Shown here one piece after another: positions 9,209 to 20,094 of a stretch of 24,991 nucleotides of DNA. Source of the stretch: Methanothermococcus sp. SCGC AD-155-E23 (GTDB lineage: Archaea; AGJL01; Methanococci; Methanococcales; Methanococcaceae); assembly GCA_019561615.1 (NCBI GenBank), contig JAHEQA010000046.1, positions 39,299 to 64,289 on the forward strand, written 5' to 3'. The first letter of the stretch is position 1. Every line of letters starts with the position of its first letter. Position numbers and translations under genes: made by a program. The notes below the pieces were generated by a model. It was not told the DNA's origin, did no database searches, and saw nothing but the letters and a program-made list of their open reading frames with translations.

Positions 9209-11392
9209 ATGGGTAGAAGAGCAAAGATGATTGAAAAGGTTAAGAAATTAATGGAGATGCACGACAGGATTAGAAATATCGGTATCTGTGCCCACATAGA
9301 CCATGGTAAAACTACACTCTCTGACAACTTACTTGCTGGAGCAGGGATGATCTCCAAGGAACTTGCAGGGGAGCAGCTGGCCCTGGACTTTGACGAGGAG
9401 GAGGCTGCAAGGGGTATTACTATCTATGCAGCTAACGTCTCCATGGTCCACGAGTACGAGGGTAAGGAGTACCTGATAAACCTCATAGATACCCCAGGAC
9501 ACGTAGATTTTGGAGGGGACGTTACCAGGGCTATGAGGGCTATAGACGGTGCCATAGTAGTTGTATGTGCTGTGGAAGGGGTTATGCCTCAGACTGAGAC
9601 TGTACTAAGGCAGGCACTTAAGGAGAGGGTTAAACCTGTCCTCTTTATAAACAAGGTAGATAGGCTGATAAACGAGTTGAAGTTAACACCTGAGGAGTTG
9701 ATGAACAGGTTTGCAAAGATCATAAACGACATCAACAAGTTAATACTCAAGATGGCTCCTGAGGAGTTTAAGGACAAGTGGCTTGTAAATGTAACTGACG
9801 GTAGTGTAGCCTTTGGTTCCGCCTACTACAACTGGGCAATATCTGTACCCTTCATGAAGAAGAGGGGTGTAACCTTCAAGGACATTATAAAGTACTGTGA
9901 GGAGGACAGACAGAAGGAACTTGCAGAGAAGGCTCCACTTCACGAGGTAGTCCTGGACATGGTAATTAAACACCTGCCAAACCCACCAACTGCCCAGAAG
10001 TACAGAATTCCAAATATCTGGAAGGGAGATCTGAACTCGGAGATAGGTAAGGCCATGATAAACTGTGACCCCAACGGTCCTTTGGCAGGTATTGTAACAA
10101 AGATTATAATGGATAAACACGCCGGTGCAGTTGCCGCCTGTAGACTATTCAGTGGTAGGGTGAAACAGGGAGATGAGTTATACATGGTAGGTATAAAGCA
10201 GAAGGCAAGGGCTCAGCAGGTTGCCATATTCATGGGTCCAGAGAGGATACAGGTACCAAGTGTCTCAGCTGGAAACATCTGTGCAATCTCTGGGTTGAAG
10301 GAGGCCAGTGCAGGGGAGACTATCTGTAAGCCAGAGTGTATTATAGATCCACCCTTCGAGTCTATAACCCACGTCAGTGAGCCTGTTATTACAGTGGCTA
10401 TAGAGGCAAAGAATACCAAGGATCTTCCAAAGTTAATAGAGGTCCTTAGACAGATAGCAAGGGAGGACAACACTGTCAAGGTGGAGATCAACGAGGAGAC
10501 AGGGGAGCATCTAATAAGTGGTATGGGGGAGCTCCACATAGAGATTATAACAAAGACTAAGATAGAGAGGGATGCAGGTATCGAGGTAGAGGTTGGGGAG
10601 CCTATAGTGGTATACAGGGAGACTGTAACTGATAGATCTCCAGTGATAGAGAGTAAGTCCCCTAACAAGCACAACAAGTTGTACTTCGTAGTGGAACCCT
10701 TGGAGGAGGGTGTACTTAAGGCCTATCAGGAGGGTAAGATTAAAGATGAAGACTTCAAGAAGAGGCCATCACCTGAGGTAGAGAAGGTACTTGTAGAGGC
10801 TGGTATGGATAAGGAGGAGGCTAAGAGGGTAATGTCCATATACGGAGGAAATGTATTTATCAACATGACTAGAGGTATCGTCCACCTAGACGAGGCAAGG
10901 GAGTTGTTAATTGAGGGTTTCAAGGAGGCTATGAAAAGTGGTCCTTTAGCTGGTGAGAAGTGTCTCGGAGTGAAGGTTAAACTTGTAGATGCTGTATTCC
11001 ACGAGGATGCTATCCACAGAGGTCCATCCCAGCTGATACCTGCTGTCAAGTGGGGTATAAGGGAGGCTATGTTAAAGGCAAAACCTGTACTCCTAGAGCC
11101 TATCCAGATGGTATATATCAACACACCTCAGGATTACATGGGAGATGCAATGAGGGAGATAAGCAACAGAAGGGGACAGATATTGGATATAGAACAGGAG
11201 GGGGATATGACAGTTATAAAGGCAAAGACACCAGTTGCAGAGATGTTTGGATTTGCCAGTGCAATTAGAGGTGCTACCCAGGGTAGATGTCTCTGGAGTA
11301 CAGAGTTTGCAGGTTTCGAAAAGGTACCTAGTGAGTTGCAGGAGAAGGTTATAAGGGAGATAAGGGAGAGAAAGGGGTTAAAGGTGGAGTAA
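9209..11392 (+). CDS. fusA: Translation elongation factor EF-2
   Basis: [22 protein letters not shown]; diphthamide loop HEDAIHRG; 727 aa. Confidence 0.99.
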   Translation: MGRRAKMIEKVKKLMEMHDRIRNIGICAHIDHGKTTLSDNLLAGAGMISKELAGEQLALDFDEEEAARGITIYAANVSMVHEYEGKEYLINLIDTPGHVDFGGDVTRAMRAIDGAIVVVCAVEGVMPQTETVLRQALKERVKPVLFINKVDRLINELKLTPEELMNRFAKIINDINKLILKMAPEEFKDKWLVNVTDGSVAFGSAYYNWAISVPFMKKRGVTFKDIIKYCEEDRQKELAEKAPLHEVVLDMVIKHLPNPPTAQKYRIPNIWKGDLNSEIGKAMINCDPNGPLAGIVTKIIMDKHAGAVAACRLFSGRVKQGDELYMVGIKQKARAQQVAIFMGPERIQVPSVSAGNICAISGLKEASAGETICKPECIIDPPFESITHVSEPVITVAIEAKNTKDLPKLIEVLRQIAREDNTVKVEINEETGEHLISGMGELHIEIITKTKIERDAGIEVEVGEPIVVYRETVTDRSPVIESKSPNKHNKLYFVVEPLEEGVLKAYQEGKIKDEDFKKRPSPEVEKVLVEAGMDKEEAKRVMSIYGGNVFINMTRGIVHLDEARELLIEGFKEAMKSGPLAGEKCLGVKVKLVDAVFHEDAIHRGPSQLIPAVKWGIREAMLKAKPVLLEPIQMVYINTPQDYMGDAMREISNRRGQILDIEQEGDMTVIKAKTPVAEMFGFASAIRGATQGRCLWSTEFAGFEKVPSELQEKVIREIRERKGLKVE

Positions 11393-11397
11393 ATTTA

Positions 11398-11414
11398 CCA
11401 CAAAATATATATAT
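11398..11414 (+). promoter_or_regulatory. Putative internal promoter for EF-1A
   Basis: CCACAAAA followed by TATATATAT (11406-11414) at the start of the 109-bp fusA-tuf gap. Confidence 0.45.
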
Positions 11415-11501
11415 CTCTTTATGATAATAGGTATAGCAATCTTTTCCACACCTTTAAATTTTTAATTTTTATTAAAAATAAAAACAAAACGAGGTAGGAA
11501 C

Positions 11502-12785
11502 ATGGCAAAGAAGAAGCCAGTACTAAACGTAGCATTTATAGGCCACGTAGATGCAGGTAAGTCCACAACAGTAGGTAGATTACTACTGGACAGTGGTGCC
11601 ATAGACCCACAGGAGTTGGAGAGGTTAAGAAGAGAGGCTGAGGAGAAGGGTAAGGCAGGATTCGAGTTTGCATATATAATGGACAAGTTGAAGGAGGAGA
11701 GGGAGAGAGGGGTAACTATAGACGTTGCCCACAAGAAGTTTGAAACTAAGAACTACGAGGTAACAATTGTAGACTGTCCTGGACACAGAGACTTTATTAA
11801 AAACATGATTACAGGGGCATCCCAGGCAGATGCTGCAATACTGGTAGTTGACGTAAACGACGCAAAAACAGGGATTCAGCCTCAGACAAAGGAGCACCTC
11901 TTCCTAGCTAGAACCCTGGGAATAAGCCAGTTGGCAGTTGCAATAAACAAGATGGACACTGTCAACTACAGTGAAGAGGAGTACAAGAAGTGTAAGGAGA
12001 TGATCTCCCAGTTGTTGAGGATACTAGGTTACAACCCAGATGCCATCCACTTCGTACCAATAGCAGCCTACCATGGAGACAACGTTGTTAAAAGATCAGA
12101 CAAGATGCCATGGTATAAGGGTCCAACACTGGTAGAGGTTATAGACTCCTTCAAACCACCAGAGAAACCAATTGACAAACCACTGAGACTCCCAATCCAG
12201 GATGTATACTCTATTACTGGAGTAGGTACAGTTCCAGTTGGAAGGGTAGAAACTGGAGTCATGAGAGTTGGAGACAAGATAGTATTTGAGCCTGCTGGAG
12301 TCTCAGGAGAGGTTAAGTCCATAGAGATGCACCATGAGCCAATAGAGCAGGCAGAGCCTGGAGACAACATAGGGTTCAACGTAAGAGGTGTCAGTAAGAA
12401 GGACATTAAGAGGGGAGACGTAGTAGGACACCCAGACAACCCACCAACAGTGGCCTCAGAGTTCACAGCACAGATAATAGTCTTACAGCACCCAACTGTA
12501 ATTACAGCAGGATATACACCAGTGTTCCACGCACATACAGCCCAGGTTGCATGTACCTTTGCAGAACTACTTAAGAAGTTAGATCCTAGAACTGGTGAAG
12601 TTATAGAGGAGAACCCAGACTATCTAAAGACAGGGGATGCTGCAATAGTTAAGATCGTACCTACAAAACCAATGGTAATTGAGAATGTAAGGGAGATTCC
12701 ACAGCTTGGTAGGTTTGCAATAAGGGATATGGGTATGACTGTTGCAGCAGGTATGTGTATAGATGTTAAGCCGAAGAATAAATAA
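11502..12785 (+). CDS. tuf: Translation elongation factor EF-1 alpha
   Basis: [40 protein letters not shown]. Confidence 0.99.
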   Translation: MAKKKPVLNVAFIGHVDAGKSTTVGRLLLDSGAIDPQELERLRREAEEKGKAGFEFAYIMDKLKEERERGVTIDVAHKKFETKNYEVTIVDCPGHRDFIKNMITGASQADAAILVVDVNDAKTGIQPQTKEHLFLARTLGISQLAVAINKMDTVNYSEEEYKKCKEMISQLLRILGYNPDAIHFVPIAAYHGDNVVKRSDKMPWYKGPTLVEVIDSFKPPEKPIDKPLRLPIQDVYSITGVGTVPVGRVETGVMRVGDKIVFEPAGVSGEVKSIEMHHEPIEQAEPGDNIGFNVRGVSKKDIKRGDVVGHPDNPPTVASEFTAQIIVLQHPTVITAGYTPVFHAHTAQVACTFAELLKKLDPRTGEVIEENPDYLKTGDAAIVKIVPTKPMVIENVREIPQLGRFAIRDMGMTVAAGMCIDVKPKNK

Positions 12786-12794
12786 TCTCCCTTA

Positions 12795-12812
12795 TTTTTT
12801 TAATTATTTTTT
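12795..12812 (+). terminator. Putative oligo-T terminator after tuf
   Basis: T7 and T6 runs in the 39-bp tuf-rps10 gap. Confidence 0.35.
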
Positions 12813-12824
12813 AGGGGATGGATT

Positions 12825-13133
12825 ATGCAGAGGGCTAGGATAAAGTTGTTTAGTACAGATCACAGGGAGTTGGATGATGTCTGTAGGCAGATAAAGGAGA
12901 TCGCGGAGAAGACAGGGGTAGATATAGCAGGGCCTATCCCACTACCAACTAAGAAGTTGAAGGTTGTAACGAGAAAGTCCCCAGATGGAGAGGGTTCCTC
13001 CACCTTTGACAGATGGACTATGAAGATACACAAGAGGCTTATAGATATCGAGGCAGATGAGAGGACCATGAAACGTATTATGAAGATAAGAATTCCAGAT
13101 TCTGTTCAGATAGAGATTGAACTTAGAAGCTAA
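12825..13133 (+). CDS. rps10: 30S ribosomal protein S10 (uS10)
   Basis: [39 protein letters not shown]. Confidence 0.98.
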   Translation: MQRARIKLFSTDHRELDDVCRQIKEIAEKTGVDIAGPIPLPTKKLKVVTRKSPDGEGSSTFDRWTMKIHKRLIDIEADERTMKRIMKIRIPDSVQIEIELRS

Positions 13134-13159
13134 TTTTCAAAGAATTAAATCCTCTTTTA

Positions 13160-13222
13160 TCCTTATCCCGTAGTGGATAAGGAGTATAATAACCTAGGAC
13201 TATATCCCGTAGTGGATATAGT
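13160..13222. repeat. Two tandem 24-bp hairpins sharing a 16-bp core (TATCCCGTAGTGGATA)
   Basis: TCCTTATCC-cgtagt-GGATAAGGA (13160-13183) and ACTATATCC-cgtagt-GGATATAGT (13199-13222), 39 bp apart, between convergent rps10 and fsr. Confidence 0.85.
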
Positions 13223-13234
13223 GGATCTATTTTT

Positions 13235-15103
13235 TTATTTTTCAAACTTTTTTAGATGATTTTTAACCTCTTCTAGGAATCTATCCACCCCAACCCTGGC
13301 CATAACTGCACATAACCTCTCCCTCTGGGGTTTCTCCACATACTTGGAGTACACCTTCAATACACCCTCTATTAGGTCTAGTATATCCTCCCTATCTATC
13401 AATCCAAGGGGTACCCCCTGTACTACCTCCCTTCCAGATTTTCCACCTACATACACCATAAGTCCCTCCTCTTTTACATCCCTTCCCTCGTTGGGGCAGC
13501 CCCTAATACACTTTCCACAACCTATACAGAGGTTGTAGTTGGTATAGGAGGTCTCTCCCCTAACATCTATGGCCTCAACCTTACAGAGGTCTGCACATCT
13601 TCCACATCCGTTACACTTCTCATTGGTTACTGGGTACTTAACACCTACCACTCCAACGTCATGTATCTGAGGTCTAACACACTTATTTGGACATCCACTT
13701 ACTGCAATCTTAAATTTGTAAGGTGCAGGATATTCCCTAAACCTCTCCTCAATGAGGTTACATAACTCCCTGGTATCTATCAATCCACTACTACAGTTTC
13801 CACCACCTGGACATCCAAGGACACTTCTAACTAGGGGACCCTCAGAACCTGTGATGAAACCTCTCCTATGTAACTCTAGGACCATCTCCTCCACATCCAT
13901 TGGATGGATGGAGTGGATCTCAAATGCCCCCCTATCTGTTAACTTAATCCTCCCTCCATACCTCTCACTTATTGCCAGTATATCCCTTATCTCCTCTGTG
14001 GAGTACCAGCCACAGGGTTTCCCCCTTATCCTTATAAAGTGTGTATTGTCAGCCCTTTTACCTACCCCTCCATAGTCTGTAATCCAGTAGTAGGATATCT
14101 TCTTTCCCTTTTTCCTCCTCTTCTCTATCTCCTCCCTAAACCTTTTCATCTTTAACCTCCTCATCCTCTCTATCTCCTCCACATCCACACCTTCCTTCAA
14201 CTCCAAGGCCTCCTTAATATCCTCCCCCCTTACACTTCTCACTATTACCGTGGAGTATCCCTCTGGACTTCCCACAGATCCTACAGAGACATCTGCCAAG
14301 GTGGCATCGAAATCCCTACAGATCCTACAACCTTCACAGTGTTCAAGTTCCTCCAGGGGAACAGTATACCTCTCCCCCTCCCTCGTTATCATTACAAACA
14401 TCCCCCTCTCAATCTTGAACTTCTCTATATCCACCCTTCTAAGGTTCTTCCTCTCAAGGATTCTATCTATATCTTCCCCCCTGAATTTACCCATACAGAA
14501 GAGTCCAATTAAGTACTCTATCTTTGGCCACTTCAACATCCTTCCATCTCTCCCTATCTCACCGTTATACTTGGCCAGGTATGGGAAGTACTGGAGTTTT
14601 CTAAGACCAGATATTTGACAGGGAAGACCTACAACTGCAACCCTTTTAATACCCATCTCCCCTGCCCTTCTAAGAGCCTCAAGGGTAGAGGTTGTATACT
14701 TGGATTTTGCACATCTCCTTATATCCTCAGGATCCTGGACTACCATGGATACAGGTTTCCAGCACTGATCACCTACCACTACAGCACCCTCTATCTTTCC
14801 CTCCTCCAGGAGATACCTTAAAAAGGTGGTGACCACTCCTCCATCCTGCCCCTCAATCTCTCCCCTTCCATAGTAGTACTCCTCCCTCTCCTTAAAGCCT
14901 GCCCTTATCTTTATCTGATAACCTCCTGAAGATACCCTGGGACATACATCGTAACACATCCCATCTCCCTTCCTTAGACACTCCTCCTTTAACCTTGGAA
15001 CATCCTCAAACACTACTATACCGTTGGGACATACAATGGCACAGGTACTACACCTGGCACATAAGCTGTTATCTACTATCTCACTTAACTTCCACTGGTA
15101 CAT
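13235..15103 (-). CDS. fsr: Coenzyme F420-dependent sulfite reductase (group I Fsr)
   Basis: N-terminal ferredoxin (CARCSTCAIVCP) plus FrhB/FpoF-like domain (GQDGGVVT, SKY, VGLPCQ, GLFC, DVSVG), fused to a siroheme sulfite-reductase half (CPGGGNC, YKFKIAVSGCPNKC, 2x[4Fe-4S]); 622 aa. Confidence 0.95.
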   Translation of the reverse strand: MYQWKLSEIVDNSLCARCSTCAIVCPNGIVVFEDVPRLKEECLRKGDGMCYDVCPRVSSGGYQIKIRAGFKEREEYYYGRGEIEGQDGGVVTTFLRYLLEEGKIEGAVVVGDQCWKPVSMVVQDPEDIRRCAKSKYTTSTLEALRRAGEMGIKRVAVVGLPCQISGLRKLQYFPYLAKYNGEIGRDGRMLKWPKIEYLIGLFCMGKFRGEDIDRILERKNLRRVDIEKFKIERGMFVMITREGERYTVPLEELEHCEGCRICRDFDATLADVSVGSVGSPEGYSTVIVRSVRGEDIKEALELKEGVDVEEIERMRRLKMKRFREEIEKRRKKGKKISYYWITDYGGVGKRADNTHFIRIRGKPCGWYSTEEIRDILAISERYGGRIKLTDRGAFEIHSIHPMDVEEMVLELHRRGFITGSEGPLVRSVLGCPGGGNCSSGLIDTRELCNLIEERFREYPAPYKFKIAVSGCPNKCVRPQIHDVGVVGVKYPVTNEKCNGCGRCADLCKVEAIDVRGETSYTNYNLCIGCGKCIRGCPNEGRDVKEEGLMVYVGGKSGREVVQGVPLGLIDREDILDLIEGVLKVYSKYVEKPQRERLCAVMARVGVDRFLEEVKNHLKKFEK

Positions 15104-15175
15104 CCTTTCACCTTTAAAAATAATAAGAGTTATAATAGGACTCCGAATTTTTAAAACTTTTTAACTGGTATAAAC

Positions 15176-16033
15176 ATGATAACTATAGTCAGTCCAGAGG
15201 GTAGTTCTACAACCTATGCTCTAAAGAGGGCTATAGAGGATCTAGGAGGGAGATGTGAGGTACTACTACTGGCAGGGGAGGATTTACTGGTGGATAGAGA
15301 CTTCCACCTGGATTGCGATCTGATACACCCTAGGTGTAGTATAGGACACTACCTAGGTAGGTTAACACTGTACTCCTGGCAGGTGTTAAATGCACTGGAG
15401 TGTGAGGGACATAGGTTTATAAACAGTTTAAAGACCCTTTACAACTCCTCCGATAAGTTTAAAACCATCAAGATACTCTCCAAAAATAAGATAAACACTC
15501 CAAAAACAGCTCTAATAAGGGATTACCAGGATGCAAAGAGGTTTATGGAGAGGGAAAATCTAGAGTACCCTGTAGTAGTGAAGAACTCCTTTTCAAAGTG
15601 TGGGGTCTCAGTTAGAAAGGTGACATCAGATGAGGAGTTAAGGAGGTATACAGAGAATGCCATATGGGAGGGAACTATAATCCAGGAGTACATAGACTTC
15701 AAAGTTGGAGACCTCTATAGGGATATTAGAGTACTGGTAGTTGGAGGGGAGGTAGTTGGGGGATACAGTAGGGTCAGTAGAGATTTTATTACAAACCTAT
15801 ATATGGGAGGTTCCATTAGACCTGTAGAGATCCATGAGGAGTTGGAGGAGTTGGCACTGAGGTGTGCCCAGTCCATAGGGGGAGATATAGTAGGGGTGGA
15901 TATCCTCCCCTCCAGGGAAGGTTACTACGTCATAGAGACAAATGCCGCCCCAGGTATAAAGGGATTCCAGTACCTAGGTATAGATGTGGAGTATAGAATT
16001 GCAGAGTTTCTATTAAGATGTAGTAAGTTATAA
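15176..16033 (+). CDS. cofF: Coenzyme gamma-F420-2:alpha-L-glutamate ligase (RimK-family ATP-grasp)
   Basis: ATP-grasp motifs DKFKT, IQEYI, DIRVLVV, GVDIL, ETNAAPG. RLTLYSWQ, KNSFSKCG and NAIWEG match my recollection of methanococcal CofF rather than MptN; cofD is nearby. Confidence 0.85.
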   Translation: MITIVSPEGSSTTYALKRAIEDLGGRCEVLLLAGEDLLVDRDFHLDCDLIHPRCSIGHYLGRLTLYSWQVLNALECEGHRFINSLKTLYNSSDKFKTIKILSKNKINTPKTALIRDYQDAKRFMERENLEYPVVVKNSFSKCGVSVRKVTSDEELRRYTENAIWEGTIIQEYIDFKVGDLYRDIRVLVVGGEVVGGYSRVSRDFITNLYMGGSIRPVEIHEELEELALRCAQSIGGDIVGVDILPSREGYYVIETNAAPGIKGFQYLGIDVEYRIAEFLLRCSKL

Positions 16034-16045
16034 GCAGGGATTTCT

Positions 16046-16777
16046 ATGGTGGAGTTGATCTATGGTTTTATCTTTATTCTTATTGCTGTGTTTCTCTCTA
16101 TCAAGGAAGATATTGGATTGGAAAGGGAGATACTCTACGCCGCCTTTCTGGCACTTGTCCAACTTATAATGTTAGGTTATGTTCTCCTCTATGTCTTCAA
16201 CTACGGGATGTTACTCACCTACGTTATGATCCTTATCATGATCCTTACTGCTACCTATATTATCTACAGTAAGATTGGTGAGAAAGTTGGGAGTAAAAGA
16301 AATATGTTTATCTATATCCTCCTAACACTTATAACAGTTACCCTTTTTACCCTGGTGATATTGAAATTATCCTCTTTAATACCCTATAAACCTAGGTATA
16401 TCATCCCCCTTATGGGTATGGTTATTGGGAATTCCATGAATACCCTTCACCTGGCACTGGATAAGATTGTAGACCATATAAGATCCAACAGGGAGATACT
16501 CTGGGGATATCTGGCCCTAGGTGCCTCTGAGTTTCAGGCATTGAAACCCTTCATGAAGGTGGCAATTACCTCCGCCCTTATACCTAAAATGAACATGACC
16601 AAGTCTGTGGGCATTATATTTATCCCAGGGACTATGACAGGTATGCTACTTAGTGGTGCAGATCCCCTGTATGCTGCAAAGATCCAGGTTATAATTATGT
16701 GGATGATACTGGGAACTGCCCTACTTGCCAGTTTGATACTTTGCTATCTCTCCTATAGGGAGTTAATCAGGATATAG
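16046..16777 (+). CDS. fetB: FetB/YbbM (UPF0014) family ABC permease
   Basis: Multi-TM; YIIPLMGMVIGNSMN, LALGAS, VGIIFIPGTMTGMLLSGADPLYAAKIQ. Confidence 0.88.
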   Translation: MVELIYGFIFILIAVFLSIKEDIGLEREILYAAFLALVQLIMLGYVLLYVFNYGMLLTYVMILIMILTATYIIYSKIGEKVGSKRNMFIYILLTLITVTLFTLVILKLSSLIPYKPRYIIPLMGMVIGNSMNTLHLALDKIVDHIRSNREILWGYLALGASEFQALKPFMKVAITSALIPKMNMTKSVGIIFIPGTMTGMLLSGADPLYAAKIQVIIMWMILGTALLASLILCYLSYRELIRI

Positions 16778-16786
16778 AGGGGAATT

Positions 16787-17743
16787 ATGAAGGTAACTCT
16801 ACTATCTGGAGGTACAGGTACCCCTAAACTTCTCCAGGGGTTGAAGAGGGTCCTTAAGGAGGAGAACATCTCTGTAGTTGTGAATACTGGGGAGGATACC
16901 TGGGTGGGGGATCTCTACCTCTCCCCAGATATAGACACTGTACTCTACACCTTCGCAGACATGATAAACGAGGAGACATGGTATGGTGTTAAAAATGACA
17001 CCTTTATCACCCATGAGACCTTAAAGATGTACCAGTCTGAGGGTTTCTCAGAATTCCTCAGGATTGGAGATAGGGATAGGGCTCTCAAGATCCATAAGAC
17101 CTACTTTCTAAGGAGAGGTTATCCCCTATCCAAGGTTGTAGATATGGAGAGGAAACTGTTGAAGGTTAGGGGCAAGGTATTTCCCATGACAGATGACAGG
17201 GTGGAGACAAAGATACTGGTGGAGGAGGAGATCGATGGTAGAAAGGAGAAGATCCTCCTGAAGTTCCATGACTTCTGGATAAAGAGGAGAGGGAGGGCAA
17301 AGGTATTAGATGTGTTCTATGAGAACTCCCAGTACGCCAGGGGTGTAGAGGGGGCTTTAGAGTCTATAGAGGAGGCAGACTTAATAGTTATTGGACCCTC
17401 AAACCCTGTAACCTCCATAGGTCCCATACTTAGTATAAGGGATATTAGGAGGGCCCTTAAAGGTAAGAGGGTGTTTGTGGTATCACCTATAGTAGGGGAT
17501 AGGGCTGTCAGTGGGCCGGCAGGTGTTCTCATGAAGGCCAAGGGCTACCCTGTTAATATCTATGGAGTTTACAAGTTCTACGAGGACCTGGTAGACACCC
17601 TTATAATAGATAAGAGGGATAACCTGGAGGAGAAGAAGGAAGGTATAAAGTGTAAGGTAGTGGCCACAGATATTATACTTAAGAATATGGAGGACAAGGT
17701 AAATCTAGCTAAGAGAATATTGGAGGAGTACAAAAGGGGTTAG
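16787..17743 (+). CDS. cofD: 2-phospho-L-lactate transferase (F420 biosynthesis)
   Basis: LSGGTGTPKLLQG, VNTGED, SPDIDTVLY, IGDRDRA, GPSNPVTSIGPIL, SPIVG..VSGPA. Confidence 0.96.
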   Translation: MKVTLLSGGTGTPKLLQGLKRVLKEENISVVVNTGEDTWVGDLYLSPDIDTVLYTFADMINEETWYGVKNDTFITHETLKMYQSEGFSEFLRIGDRDRALKIHKTYFLRRGYPLSKVVDMERKLLKVRGKVFPMTDDRVETKILVEEEIDGRKEKILLKFHDFWIKRRGRAKVLDVFYENSQYARGVEGALESIEEADLIVIGPSNPVTSIGPILSIRDIRRALKGKRVFVVSPIVGDRAVSGPAGVLMKAKGYPVNIYGVYKFYEDLVDTLIIDKRDNLEEKKEGIKCKVVATDIILKNMEDKVNLAKRILEEYKRG

Positions 17744-17750
17744 TGGGATT

Positions 17751-18542
17751 ATGAGATATCTAATACTTTACTCCAGGAGGGATCCTGCTAGTATGAATAT
17801 CAAGGAGAACTTAGACACTATTTTAGAGGATAGTGACGTTAGAAGGTACATCTCATATTTGGAGAGGGAGGAGGATCTTACATCACTTAGTCAGGAGGAT
17901 ATCCCCAAGGGGTATGACTACTATATATTTCTCTCGAAGCATAGGAGTGGTGGGGAGAATCCACCTCCAACTTTAACTGTACATACCCCTGGAAACCTTG
18001 GCAGGGAGAATATACTTGGAGGTAACCCAGAGGAGGTATGTCCCTGTGACAGCGTCCTAAACTCCCTCCTTCTAAGGAGTATCGCTAGATTCAATGAGGG
18101 ATATAAAGATCTAAACTTCCAGGTCTCCTTTGAAGGTGTCCATCACGGTCCTTCAGATCTTGTCGCCCCTACAGTATTTGTAGAGATAGGGAGTACTGAG
18201 AGGGAGTGGAGGTTAAGGGAGGGAGGGGAGATAGTGGGAAGGGCCATAGTAGATACCCTCCAAAAACTTGCATCTAAAGATTATCCCCCTCTAGATAAGG
18301 TAATTGCCTTTGGTGGTGGACACTACGCTCCAAAGTTTACAAAGTTAGTTCTAGAGGGTAGGTGCTACGTAGGTTATATAGTTCCAAAGTATGCCCAGGT
18401 TTCAGAGAGGGTTTTAAACCAGTTAATTGAGAAACAGGATTTTGACTATGTAATGCTAGACTGGAAGGGTCTTAGAGGTGAGGACAAAAAAAGGTATATT
18501 AGATTCTTCCAGGATAGGGGTATACCCTGGAAGAGAGTTTAA
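17751..18542 (+). CDS. dtdA: D-aminoacyl-tRNA deacylase (archaeal DTD2)
   Basis: DPASMNI, FLSKHRS, LTVHTPGN, EGVHHGPS, FVEIGS, FGGGHYAPKFT. Confidence 0.93.
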   Translation: MRYLILYSRRDPASMNIKENLDTILEDSDVRRYISYLEREEDLTSLSQEDIPKGYDYYIFLSKHRSGGENPPPTLTVHTPGNLGRENILGGNPEEVCPCDSVLNSLLLRSIARFNEGYKDLNFQVSFEGVHHGPSDLVAPTVFVEIGSTEREWRLREGGEIVGRAIVDTLQKLASKDYPPLDKVIAFGGGHYAPKFTKLVLEGRCYVGYIVPKYAQVSERVLNQLIEKQDFDYVMLDWKGLRGEDKKRYIRFFQDRGIPWKRV

Positions 18543-18554
18543 AAGGGATTGTCT

Positions 18555-19205
18555 ATGTACATCGTCATTGCAGGTATAGGAAGGGTAGGTTTTGCACTGG
18601 CAAAGTCCCTTGCCAAGAAGAACCACGACTTAGTACTTATAGATGTATCAAAAGAGGTCTGTGAGGAGGTAGCCTCTGAGATAGACGCCCTTGTAATAAA
18701 TGGAGACTGCACCCGTGTTAAAACCTTGGAGAGTGCAGATATTGAAAGTGCAGATATCTATATAGCAGTTACTGGGCGGCAGGAGATAAACCTTATGAGT
18801 GCATTACTGGCTAAGAATTACGGTGTCCCTAAAACCATTGTAAGGGTTAGGGATCCTGAGTACAAGGAGGTATTTGAAAACCTGAACATAGACGTTGTAG
18901 TTAGCCCTGAACTTGTAGCTGCAAACTATATAGAGAAGCTTATAGACCTCCCTGGTATAGTGGACCTGGCTGTAATAGGTAGAGGTGATGCAGAGATCCT
19001 GGAGTTGATTATCGGGGAGAACTCCAAGGTTGCCAATAGACGTATAAGAGATCTGGAGAGAAATAAGGATTACCTTATAATAGCAGTCTATGAGGATGGG
19101 GAGTTAAAGATACCAGATGGTGATACTAGGTTGAAGCCTAAGAATAGGGTTATAGTACTGGCTAAGAAGGATGCAGTAGATTACGTTAAAAAACTCTTCC
19201 TCTGA
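18555..19205 (+). CDS. trkA: TrkA-family potassium uptake regulatory protein (RCK N + C)
   Basis: IAGIGRVG Rossmann motif, GDCT, VVSPE, C-terminal IPDGDTRL. Start is ATG 18555 or TTG 18549. Confidence 0.93.
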   Translation: MYIVIAGIGRVGFALAKSLAKKNHDLVLIDVSKEVCEEVASEIDALVINGDCTRVKTLESADIESADIYIAVTGRQEINLMSALLAKNYGVPKTIVRVRDPEYKEVFENLNIDVVVSPELVAANYIEKLIDLPGIVDLAVIGRGDAEILELIIGENSKVANRRIRDLERNKDYLIIAVYEDGELKIPDGDTRLKPKNRVIVLAKKDAVDYVKKLFL

Positions 19206-19215
19206 AGGTGGTAGT

Positions 19216-20085
19216 TTGATACTCCTGGCGGTACCTAACAAGGGGAGAATATCTGAACCTGTTATCAAGATCCTTGAGAAGGCAGGTTTGAAGATGTCTG
19301 TCAAGGGAAGAAGTCTCTTTGCAAAAACTGTAGATGAGGAGATAAATGTAATGTTTGCCAGGGCCAGGGATATCCCAGAGTTTGTAGCAGATGGTGTTGC
19401 AGATCTAGGTATTACAGGATACGACCTAGTACTTGAGAGAGGTGTGGAGGAGAGAGTAGAGTTTCTCCTAGATCTCAACCTTGGAAAGGCAGACTTAGTT
19501 ATTGCAGTCCCAGAGGATTCCAACATCCACTCCCTGGAGGACTTAAGGGAGGGCATGAGAATAGCAACAGAGTTCCCAAATATTACAAGGAAGTTCCTAG
19601 AGAGTAGGAATTTAAAGTTGGAGATTGTGGAACTTAGTGGAGCCACTGAGATAGCACCCTTTATAGGGGTTGCAGATCTTATATGTGATCTCACATCTAC
19701 AGGTACCACCTTGAGGTTAAACAGGCTGAGACCTATTGCAAGGGTAATCTCCTCTACAGCAAGGCTAATAGGGAATAAGGAGAGTATAAGGGATCCTGAG
19801 AAACAGGTGAAGATAAATCAGATAGTTACAGGGATAAAGAGTGTACTCCATGCCCAGACAAAGAGACTTATTATGATGAATGCACCTAAGGAGATACTAG
19901 AGGATATTAAAAAGGTACTTCCTGGTATGAGTGGACCTACAGTTTCCCAGGTACTCTCCGATGAGGACATAGTGGCTATCCATGCAGTGATAGATGAGAG
20001 GGAGGTCTTCTCCACAGTGGCTAAATTGGAGGAACTTGGTGCCAGGGATATACTTATAGTACCTATTGAGAGGATACTGAAGTAA
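19216..20085 (+). CDS. hisG: ATP phosphoribosyltransferase (long form)
   Basis: [42 protein letters not shown]-terminal regulatory domain ([14 protein letters not shown]); TTG start. Confidence 0.97.
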   Translation: MILLAVPNKGRISEPVIKILEKAGLKMSVKGRSLFAKTVDEEINVMFARARDIPEFVADGVADLGITGYDLVLERGVEERVEFLLDLNLGKADLVIAVPEDSNIHSLEDLREGMRIATEFPNITRKFLESRNLKLEIVELSGATEIAPFIGVADLICDLTSTGTTLRLNRLRPIARVISSTARLIGNKESIRDPEKQVKINQIVTGIKSVLHAQTKRLIMMNAPKEILEDIKKVLPGMSGPTVSQVLSDEDIVAIHAVIDEREVFSTVAKLEELGARDILIVPIERILK

Positions 20086-20094
20086 TTAGAATAC

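Noticed and set aside
13164-13218. Mini CRISPR array
   Set aside because: Only two 16-bp cores at 39-bp spacing, too short for repeat plus spacer; no leader or cas genes.
18555-19205. trkA without an adjacent trkH
   Set aside because: Unlinked trkA and trkH are common in archaea.
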